Assembly (NCBI GenBank): GCA_016840425.1
Contig: JAEOSI010000141.1
Location: forward strand, 1-6,143
DNA from: Candidatus Wukongarchaeum yapensis
Lineage (GTDB): Archaea; Asgardarchaeota; Wukongarchaeia; Wukongarchaeales; Wukongarchaeaceae
Length of the DNA: 6,143 nucleotides
Direction of reading: 5' to 3'
Positions 1 to 6,017 of the stretch are shown in pieces; the first letter of the stretch is position 1; each line of letters opens with the position of its first letter. The notes beneath the pieces were generated by a model. That model worked only from the letters and a program-made list of their open reading frames with translations. It made no database searches and was not told the origin of the DNA. Position numbers and translations under genes: made by a program.

Positions 1-178
1 TAAATCTCTAACTTTATCTTAATGCCACTTTTTATTCTATAAGAGAAATAACTATTATTTATTAATAATTCAGTGTGTAAACATTTAAAAAATTTTACTT
101 ATTTTTTATATGATAAGGTCTGAAATATAGAAATTAAAGACAAATAGCTTAAACCTTTTATAAATCTTAAGTATTGAT

Positions 179-187
179 AAAAGAAAA
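179..187 (-). terminator. Possible archaeal oligo(T) terminator of the nucleotidyltransferase gene
   Basis: TTTTCTTTT on the minus strand about 9 nt after the TAA stop. T-runs are common in this AT-rich DNA, so support is weak. Confidence 0.3.
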
Positions 188-195
188 CCAGCGAT

Positions 196-1224
196 TTATT
201 CTATTTTTTTAATATATTCTTTTCCGGCAAGTTCAACGGTGCTTATAACAATTCTTCGGTATCTTTTTCTTCCGTCTAATTCCACTTCTTGTAAAACTCC
301 TTTAACTTCTATTGTGTCGCCTTCTTCTACAAACTCTGCAAAAAGACTTTCAAGACATAGAATTTCCTCTACATTCCTTTCGGGGGACTCGTCTTTAATA
401 CGGTATTCCACCGGATAACAAAGGCTAGCACTGGTATCGGTAACAGTTCCCTTAACAGTTGCAGGCCCTAGAGTTTTGCATGAAACTGTTTTAAAAACAG
501 GAATATCTTCTTCTATCTCTTTTTCTGAGCGCACACATTTAATAGAGATTGGTATGCCTTCAATATTCAGTTTCGTTTTTCTTTTAGCCACATGTGGAAC
601 GATTTCTTCCATGGATAGGGGAGAAATGTTTTTCAGAAACTTTGAAACTCTCTCAACCTCTAAAGGGGGCATTACTGTAATGCCAGGACATTCATCGATA
701 TGCTCTCTAAAATAACGCATTTTATCCTTTCCAAAAATGGTTATATCTATATCTGAATCGGGTCGCGGACTGCCGTAAAGGATGGATCCTCTAACTCCCA
801 TATCTTCGAATTTAAATCCAAGATTTTCGACTACTATTTCACTAAAAGAAGCGCAAAGTTTCTCTATTCTGGAGGAGGGGTTTTCAACTATCTTTTTAAG
901 TTTTTCAACACCGTCATAGATGATTTCCACATCTGAATATGGAATTGTTAAAAGGTCTACGCCGTAAAAATCACTAACTTTGATTAAATGGGGCTTTTTA
1001 CTTTTTAAAAAGTTCAAAGCGTTTACATAGTCATGAATTCCTTGGGCTTGTAGAAATCTCTTGGAATCCCTTTCTTCTTCTGTAGTATACTTCAAAACGG
1101 CATGAGATTCTTCGGGAGGATGGATATAACCCAAAACGATAAACAAGTTGAAATCATGGTCGCGAAAACAAATACCATCAACTTTAAGCATCTTAAATCG
1201 TTCTTCGGCCAAAAACAGCCCCAA
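196..1224 (-). CDS. Predicted nucleotidyltransferase, Pol-beta superfamily, archaeal COG1665-like, with probable C-terminal OB-fold-like domain
   Basis: 342-aa ORF with the GS...DxD signature GVRGSILYGSPRPDSDIDITIFG. The N-terminal F.VLGY.HP....AVLKY and C-terminal EGD.IEVKGVL..V segments match my recollection of COG1665. The start is uncertain: TTG 1224, TTG 1212 (after GGGGCTG) or ATG 1191. Confidence 0.82.
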   Translation of the reverse strand: MGLFLAEERFKMLKVDGICFRDHDFNLFIVLGYIHPPEESHAVLKYTTEEERDSKRFLQAQGIHDYVNALNFLKSKKPHLIKVSDFYGVDLLTIPYSDVEIIYDGVEKLKKIVENPSSRIEKLCASFSEIVVENLGFKFEDMGVRGSILYGSPRPDSDIDITIFGKDKMRYFREHIDECPGITVMPPLEVERVSKFLKNISPLSMEEIVPHVAKRKTKLNIEGIPISIKCVRSEKEIEEDIPVFKTVSCKTLGPATVKGTVTDTSASLCYPVEYRIKDESPERNVEEILCLESLFAEFVEEGDTIEVKGVLQEVELDGRKRYRRIVISTVELAGKEYIKKIE

Positions 1225-1258
1225 CCAAACATTTTATCAATATCTTCTATCTTTATTT

Positions 1259-1303
1259 TTCATAATTTTATGAAGGAAGGGAAGTATTTGATTCTTATAT
1301 TTT
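1259..1303 (-). promoter_or_regulatory. Putative TATA-type promoter with an overlapping palindromic operator upstream of the nucleotidyltransferase
   Basis: Minus-strand AAAATATAAGA (1303-1293) predicts a start site near 1270. This falls inside the palindrome TTCATAA-TT-TTATGAA (1259-1274; 7-bp perfect arms, 2-bp spacer). Confidence 0.4.
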
Positions 1304-1319
1304 ACTAATCGTTTCGCTT

Positions 1320-3023
1320 TTACGTAGTCAGGTTCTTTTTACGTCTTTTTGAGACATTTTCTTCAAGGCTTTTTGCGGTAACTATTTCGACTAAAACAGC
1401 TTCTTCCTTTTTCGGTCGCAGTATCCGGCCCAAACGCTGGATGTACTGTCTAGGGCTACCTGTTCCACTAATTACTATGGCCACGCTTGCCTCAGGTACA
1501 TCTACCCCCTCGTCAAGGACCTCTCCTGTAACGATTTTTGTTAAGGTTCCTTTTTTAAAGCCTTCAAGGATTTTTCTTCGCTCAGCTTTCTTAGTTTTGT
1601 GTGTTATTTTAGGTAGGAGGAACTCCTTGGCTATCCTATCGACAATTTCGTTGAATCGCGTGAAGATTAACACTTTTTGATCGCGGAACTTTTCCAGTAA
1701 CTCGTCGAGCTTTTGAAGTTTCTCCTCGGCGCCGAAAGCTATTCTTCTTGCTTCATTAAGGGCTAAAAGCGCCTCTTTTGCTTCTTTTACTCTTCCTGCC
1801 CTACTTAAAACTGCGAGGAACTTAGCCTTTCCTCCGCCCTTGAACCTGTAAGAGTATCGGGCATAACGCGCTCTCACAGCCTCATACCTTTCCTGATCTT
1901 CGGGAGACAATTTTACCTCTATCCGCTCAACTTTATAGTCTGCAAGAAAACCTCTTTCTGAGAGATCTTCCACTTTTTCATAGTGAACGATTGGACCCAC
2001 AAGAAAAGGGAGATCTTTATGCTTTTCATCCACCCGTGTAGGGGTCGCACTAAGACCTAATCTTTTCGAGGCTATCAAAAATTCTGCAATTCGTCGATAA
2101 GAAGGGGAAGGTAGATGGTGAACTTCATCAAATATGATGAGGCCAAATTTATCCGCTAAAACATCTGTAATCATATGAGCACTATCATAGGTTATCATGG
2201 TTATCGGCTTTATTTCCTTTTCTCCTCCCCCAAAAATCCCTATATTTTCAGGGTCTACTTTTAGACGAATGGAAATTTTTTCACTCCATTGGAAAAGCAA
2301 GTCGATTGTAGGCACAACTATCAATGTACGTTGGGAGGTTTCATATATTGCGTGTATGCCACAGAGAGTTTTACCTGCCCCCGTAGGTAGCACTATAACA
2401 CCTTTCTCTCCCTTTAAGAGCCATTCGGATACAGCGTCAGATTGAAAAGTTCTTAGTTTATAGCTTTTTTTGAGCTTAAAAGGGAGAGAAAAGTCTGTAT
2501 TAAAGGTTGTAGACACCTTAATACCTTGCTCTAATAAGAAGTTATAAAGGTCTTTAAAATAGATTGGTTTGGTCCTGAAAACTTTATTTTTTCCGTCGTA
2601 GAAAAGGATGTCGAGTAATTTGTTTTTAGACGGTAAAATTGTGTTAAATTTAAAGTTGGGGTTTATAACCAGATCACCGCCTGACAGCGAAAAGATGACT
2701 TTGGGGCTTTCTAAGCCTGGTTTAATTGTTTCGGTGCTTTCTAAATGTAAATTTGTTTTTAAGCTTGAGATTTTTTCAGGTATTTCCCCTATAATCTTTT
2801 TCAACCGTTTTTCTACTTCTTCCCAGCCCAAACGGGTTACAAAATCTAAATTAAGCTTAAAAAAAGATTTGCCATCTTTATACCCTAAATAGTCACAAAA
2901 CGTAAGCAACTTTCGAAAATCTCTTTTTCTCAACCAACGATCAACAGCAAACACTAAAGCCTCCTCATTAAACCCTTTTTCTTTCGCCTCTTCTTCGTCT
3001 AATCTTTCCCACTCCAAAAACAA
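1320..3023 (-). CDS. xpb: XPB/Rad25 (COG1061) superfamily-2 DNA helicase with an N-terminal extension (XPB1-like)
   Basis: 567 aa with Q-motif LRTFQSDAV, Walker A LPTGAGKT, Walker B DEVHH, motif III GLSATP followed by the RED-like RVD, motif V LDEGVDVP and motif VI QRLGRILRP. The N-terminal RWL...FRKLLTFCDYLG segment resembles crenarchaeal XPB1 as I recall it. TTG start with GAGGGGG upstream. Confidence 0.92.
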   Translation of the reverse strand: MFLEWERLDEEEAKEKGFNEEALVFAVDRWLRKRDFRKLLTFCDYLGYKDGKSFFKLNLDFVTRLGWEEVEKRLKKIIGEIPEKISSLKTNLHLESTETIKPGLESPKVIFSLSGGDLVINPNFKFNTILPSKNKLLDILFYDGKNKVFRTKPIYFKDLYNFLLEQGIKVSTTFNTDFSLPFKLKKSYKLRTFQSDAVSEWLLKGEKGVIVLPTGAGKTLCGIHAIYETSQRTLIVVPTIDLLFQWSEKISIRLKVDPENIGIFGGGEKEIKPITMITYDSAHMITDVLADKFGLIIFDEVHHLPSPSYRRIAEFLIASKRLGLSATPTRVDEKHKDLPFLVGPIVHYEKVEDLSERGFLADYKVERIEVKLSPEDQERYEAVRARYARYSYRFKGGGKAKFLAVLSRAGRVKEAKEALLALNEARRIAFGAEEKLQKLDELLEKFRDQKVLIFTRFNEIVDRIAKEFLLPKITHKTKKAERRKILEGFKKGTLTKIVTGEVLDEGVDVPEASVAIVISGTGSPRQYIQRLGRILRPKKEEAVLVEIVTAKSLEENVSKRRKKNLTT

Positions 3024-3026
3024 AAA

Positions 3027-3033
3027 CCCCCTC
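3027..3033 (-). promoter_or_regulatory. Shine-Dalgarno-like motif for xpb
   Basis: GAGGGGG lies 3 nt upstream of TTG 3023 and 9 nt upstream of the in-frame TTG 3017. Confidence 0.5.
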
Positions 3034-3118
3034 TAAAAACCAAAAAAAATAAGGTAACTACGACTTAAAACGTTAACTTTTTCAATGTTAATTAGTTTTA
3101 CTTGCTATACTTTTTGGT

Positions 3119-3391
3119 TTGACCCCCCGTCGGGTTCCTTCAACTAATAGGGTTAAAAAGGGATGCTGCCCGTACTATGACGGTAAACGTTGTAATTTGA
3201 TGAATGCCTGGTGTACCCAATACAAATCATACGCTCTATACATCGAGTATTTACAAAGACAAAGTCGAGAAGAAGTGGAGACGTTAGTGGCTTCACTAGG
3301 GGAAAAAAGCGCCAAAAAAAGCGTAAGTTTGGAACTTCTTGCGTTATTGAGTTTCTTGACCAGTTTTGACTCATTGGGCTTTGTTTTTTAG
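3119..3391 (+). CDS. Small hypothetical protein with a Cys motif (CCPYYDGKRCNLMNAWC) and a hydrophobic C-terminus; possibly a pseudogene or read-through gene
   Basis: 90-aa ORF divergent from xpb. It has clustered Cys, a GNN-rich middle part (EEVETLVASLGEKSAKK) and a hydrophobic tail. TTG start without an SD. No family recognised. Confidence 0.4.
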   Translation: MTPRRVPSTNRVKKGCCPYYDGKRCNLMNAWCTQYKSYALYIEYLQRQSREEVETLVASLGEKSAKKSVSLELLALLSFLTSFDSLGFVF

Positions 3392-3453
3392 CGATCAAGT
3401 CTGGGAAAGCGGGATAAGCTTGCGATATTACAGTTTTATACTTTAATAAAATA

Positions 3454-3657
3454 TAAGAGGAGAAAATCGTTGTGTGAACTGCTCCCAGCTATCGCAGGGA
3501 GCTTCCTGTTTCAACGACCAACTGCGAGGTCTCAGCAGGCTTAAATTCGGGCGGTCCCTGCCCTACTGTGTCCCGCTTCCTGCGTCTCCCTCGGCTTTAC
3601 GTGCTACAGAGACTAAGAAGCGGCGACTCGTAGCACGACCTCTTTGCCTGCAGGTTG
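3454..3657 (-). ncRNA. Putative TnpB omega-RNA/reRNA-like scaffold with about 20 nt of flanking guide; the 5' end is an estimate
   Basis: Contains GTAGGGCAGGGACCGCCCGAATTTAAGCCTG...TTGAAACAGGAAGC-hairpin-AGTTCAC, typical of tnpB 3' ends. Stems: GGGC/GCCC (3563-3549), CCTG/CAGG (3539-3505), GACC/GGTC (3531-3516), and an 8-bp stem at 3637-3600. TGAA (3513-3510) can pair with the terminal TTCA as a pseudoknot. Expression is not shown. Confidence 0.55.
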
Positions 3658-3722
3658 ACACAAGAACATACTATAGTGCACATAAATGCTTTTCGGCTTT
3701 CATCTCCCAGCTTTCGCAGGAG
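3481..3722. repeat. Pair of directly repeated subterminal hairpins (3482-3501 and 3704-3722)
   Basis: Plus-strand ctcccagctatcgcagggag versus ctcccagctttcgcaggag: one substitution and one indel. These are the likely TnpA-binding hairpins. Confidence 0.85.
3679..3696 (-). promoter_or_regulatory. BRE/TATA-like internal promoter of element 1
   Basis: CCGAAAAGCA-TTTATGTG just inside the left end resembles archaeal BRE (CCGAAA) plus TATA (TTTAT). It points toward the RNA scaffold, with a predicted start site near 3655-3660. Confidence 0.35.
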
Positions 3723-3938
3723 GAATTCCCGTCGAACAAAGTTAAAAAAGGTTAATTACTAAAATTTTCTTATAAGTAACATGGAAAAATATTTTGTTTA
3801 TCTTGCAAAAATTATTAAATCGATGAATATTTTAGAGATTTTAGGGCAAGATTTGTTTTTACTATTTTTGTGTGTGTTTTGGAGCGTGTTTTTGTTTTGC
3901 CGCGGGTTCTTGTTGCTCAAAGTTTAGGAAGGGGATTT

Positions 3939-4868
3939 GTGCTTACAGATGCAGAGCTTTGGAAAGGTTTAGAGAAGCCAGAGATCAGAGAAGGGGTTGT
4001 GAATTTTTGTTCTAAGGATGTGAAGACTGTTCCTGATGACGGTACGGTTACTGAAGCGCTTAATGTCATGGCGGAGGAAGGGATGAGAATGCTGCCCATA
4101 GTGCACAAGTTTACGCGTGAAGTTGTTGGGGTGGTGAATGAAAGAAGTGTTTTAAAACATTTAACGTTGGAAAGCACTTATCTTCAGTATGATGAGTATG
4201 ATGTACTTCCAAGCTCTTCTAAAGGCGCAATCATGAGCGCTATGAGCGCTTATGCAATCGATGTGAGTGAAAAGGAGTCCATTGTTGCTAGTGAATACTT
4301 AACTTTTTCTTCCGCTTTAAACTTGATTGTGCAAAAACAGATTGGTTATTTGCCGATTATTGATGCAAAGTTGCGCCCTATATGCGTGCTGGCGGAAGAC
4401 GATTTAACAGCACATGCTGTTCAAAACGAAGCTTTTGATTTTACTTTAAGAGATTTCATAAACATGTCTGTTGCCACTATAAAAGACACAAGTCGTGTTC
4501 GTGATGTATGTAGAAAGATAATTGAAACGGGTTATCGGAGAATTCCTGTTGTGAATGAGCAGGAAAAGATCAGAGGAGTCGTTACGGTTAGGAGCTTGTT
4601 GAAACTTTTTAACATGCCTGAATCTAAATCCCGTTTTGCGACAGGAAGACAGGATGACGTTCTTAACACACCTGTTGTAGACATTATGAGCGAAAAAATT
4701 GTTTTAACTAACGTTGATGAAAAGATTGTTGATGCGGAGAAGAAGATGCGTGAAGAGAGAGTGGATACACTCTTTATCCTAGACAATAAAGGGTGCTTAG
4801 AATCAATTTTCACAATGTGGGATATTTTACGCGCTTATTCAGGTTTCCTAGGAACTTACCCCGGATAA
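3939..4868 (+). CDS. Tandem four-CBS-domain protein (MJ1225/AMPK-gamma-like adenine-nucleotide sensor)
   Basis: Four CBS repeats with hP/h-V motifs (RMLPIV, GYLPII, RRIPVV, TLFIL) and nucleotide-site helices (GVVNERS, CVLAEDD, GVVTVRS, SIFTMWD). The ORF track starts at 3870, but GTG 3939 follows the SD-like AGGAAGGGG and the upstream part is T/G-rich and looks like UTR. Confidence 0.9.
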   Translation: MLTDAELWKGLEKPEIREGVVNFCSKDVKTVPDDGTVTEALNVMAEEGMRMLPIVHKFTREVVGVVNERSVLKHLTLESTYLQYDEYDVLPSSSKGAIMSAMSAYAIDVSEKESIVASEYLTFSSALNLIVQKQIGYLPIIDAKLRPICVLAEDDLTAHAVQNEAFDFTLRDFINMSVATIKDTSRVRDVCRKIIETGYRRIPVVNEQEKIRGVVTVRSLLKLFNMPESKSRFATGRQDDVLNTPVVDIMSEKIVLTNVDEKIVDAEKKMREERVDTLFILDNKGCLESIFTMWDILRAYSGFLGTYPG

Positions 4869-4908
4869 ACAAAACAAGGCAAAAAGAAGAAAGTGGAGCG
4901 ACTGGTTA

Positions 4909-5514
4909 TTGGCTGGCGGATTAACCCATATTGCTGTTTCTTTTTTTATCCTAGCTTTTGTAACCCAATTGGGTTTGGAGCAGTTTCCTTCTAAAATTGA
5001 ACTGATAAGGGATGGATATAATGTAAAAATTGAAAGAACTCCTTATTGGAGTTTAAAAATCTTTGCTTGTTCTATTTTTGGTATTTTAAGCGATGCCGTG
5101 GATAAACCTCTATTCGGGACTAGACTATGGTTCCATAGCTTGATTATACTCTCAATTTTTTGGGTAATCTGTTATGCTTTGGTAACGCGATTTTTTGAAA
5201 GTTTAAAACCCTGGATTCTGCTAGCAGTAATAGCATCTTTTTCCCACATACCCTTGGATATGGGGGGTGCAGTGCCACTATTCTACCCATTATTAGATGA
5301 TGCATATTGGATCGAATTTGATTTGAAAATAAAACAAAACTTGATACCGTCTATTGAGGCGTTCAAGTTTAAAGTTTGCTCGATTCCTGTAGAAGAACTT
5401 CCAAGATTTACCACAACTACTGCCGTGACATTTGAGGGCTTAATACTGTTTTTATTTGTTCTTGTGTTTGTTATCATTGACACCGTTCTTTACAAACGTT
5501 TTATGAGAAAATGA
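4909..5514 (+). CDS. Membrane-associated metal-dependent hydrolase (YdjM/DUF457-like)
   Basis: 201 aa, multiple hydrophobic segments, with the family motif order: THI, (P>S)DAVD, R..FHSL, SHIPLD, GAVPLFYP. TTG start after GGAG, 40 nt downstream of the CBS gene, so probably co-transcribed. Confidence 0.8.
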   Translation: MAGGLTHIAVSFFILAFVTQLGLEQFPSKIELIRDGYNVKIERTPYWSLKIFACSIFGILSDAVDKPLFGTRLWFHSLIILSIFWVICYALVTRFFESLKPWILLAVIASFSHIPLDMGGAVPLFYPLLDDAYWIEFDLKIKQNLIPSIEAFKFKVCSIPVEELPRFTTTTAVTFEGLILFLFVLVFVIIDTVLYKRFMRK

Positions 5515-5549
5515 AGGCTGCAAACACTCCAAATAATTGACAATTTTAT

Positions 5550-6017
5550 CTCCATACCGCAAGAAGACCTCTTCCGCAAGGGAGGGGATGAATTGCGACC
5601 GATGTCTATTAGGGGTGCTTAAATATGAATTTTGCCCAAAATACATTTAGGATAAAAAAGCTCCTCTCACCGAGCTACGGGAAGCTGACCTCGTTCTTAG
5701 AGTACAAACTCAAAAGAGTAGATATCGTGTTAAAGAAGGTCAGCGAAAAAGAATATACCAGCAGGATGTGTCATACCTGCGGTGATGGAAAGAGAAAAAA
5801 CCACACAAAAAAGGGGAAGCTTTAACTGCAAAAAGTGCGGTTACAAAAATCATCCCGAGGCGATCAGGGCTTTAAACGCCCTCAAAACGTATCAGTATGG
5901 TGCGTTGGAAAACGTTCCTAACTGTAATTCCTGCGTGAACTCGGGCAACGTGGTCAAATGGGATCCGTCTCATTTGGCATGTACGGAAGCTTCGTCTGGA
6001 AGGGCGGAGTAGTTCAC
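5550..6017 (+). mobile_element. Internally deleted IS200/IS605 (IS1341-type, tnpB-only) element, 468 bp
   Basis: Target TTTAT | left end CTCCATACCGCAAG-AAGA-hairpin CCTCTTCC-GCAA-GGGAGGGG-ATGAA; outer stem CGCAA/TTGCG. Right end GAAG-hairpin CTTCGTCT-GGAA-GGGCGGAG-TAGTTCAC. A tnpB remnant lies between the ends. Confidence 0.88.
5625..6012 (+). pseudogene. tnpB: tnpB (IS200/IS605 OrfB) remnant: N-terminal stub fused to the C-terminal Zn-ribbon/RuvC-III region, frameshifted
   Basis: SD GGGGTG plus ATG 5625 and N-terminal TFRIKKLLSP, then directly SYGKLTSFLEYK...EYTSRMCHTCG. A +1 frameshift in the A6 tracts (5795-5812) leads to RGSFNCKKCGYKNHPEAIRALNAL, where the typical HAD.NGA.NI motif shows Asp>Glu. 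WED/REC/RuvC-I and II are missing. Confidence 0.88.

Larger units (their letters stand above)
3474..3741 (-). mobile_element. Non-autonomous miniature IS200/IS605 derivative (PATE-like, 268 bp; no tnpA or tnpB)
   Basis: Minus strand reads: target TTTAA | left end CTTTGTTCGACGGG-AATT-C-hairpin CTCCTGC-GAAA-GCTGGGAG-ATGAA ... right end GAAG-hairpin CTCCCTGC-GATA-GCTGGGAG-CAGTTCAC. The two imperfect subterminal hairpins are near-identical and in the same orientation. There are no terminal inverted repeats and no target duplication, as expected for this family. Confidence 0.86.

Noticed and set aside
1-170. AT-rich stretch as a replication origin or promoter (TTTATAAA at 157-164)
   Set aside because: No ORB-like G-string repeats or cdc6 in view and no assignable gene. 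TATA-like words are expected by chance at this AT content.
476-2892. Plus-strand ORFs 476-715, 1102-1308, 1441-1680, 2197-2445 and 2608-2892
   Set aside because: Antisense shadows of the NTase and xpb genes, with no recognisable motifs.
1320-3023. RED motif changed to RVD as a sign of an inactive XPB
   Set aside because: R-x-D variation at this position is, as I recall, common among archaeal XPBs, and all core helicase motifs are intact.
3121-3137. GC-rich hairpin GACCCCCCGTCGGGTTC as a tRNA fragment
   Set aside because: No cloverleaf, no complete T-loop and no acceptor stem; only a short weak hairpin.
3655-3677. Bacterial sigma70 promoter TTGACA...TATAGT
   Set aside because: The spacer is 11 nt rather than about 17, and the context is archaeal. 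TTGACA at 5538 likewise has no -10 element.
3482-3722. CRISPR array from the repeated 19-20 bp hairpin
   Set aside because: Only two copies, about 200 bp apart, with no cas genes. They are explained as IS subterminal hairpins.
3153-3755. ORFs 3153-3398 (-) and 3474-3755 (+)
   Set aside because: The first is antisense to the more protein-like 3119-3391 ORF. The second begins exactly at the element boundary and is the antisense reading of a GC-rich structured element.
3917-5646. Minus-strand ORFs 3917-4177, 4532-4813, 5283-5483 and 5452-5646
   Set aside because: Shadows of the CBS and hydrolase genes or of the left end of element 2.
5625-6012. Nuclease-dead TnpB repressor (TldR-like), suggested by the RuvC-III Asp>Glu change
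   Set aside because: The gene is frameshifted and lacks the RNA- and DNA-binding domains, so decay is the simpler explanation.
3474-6017. Composite transposon carrying the CBS and hydrolase genes between the two elements
   Set aside because: IS200/IS605 excision needs a left end and a downstream right end on the same strand around the cargo. Here the elements are on opposite strands with left ends facing inward.
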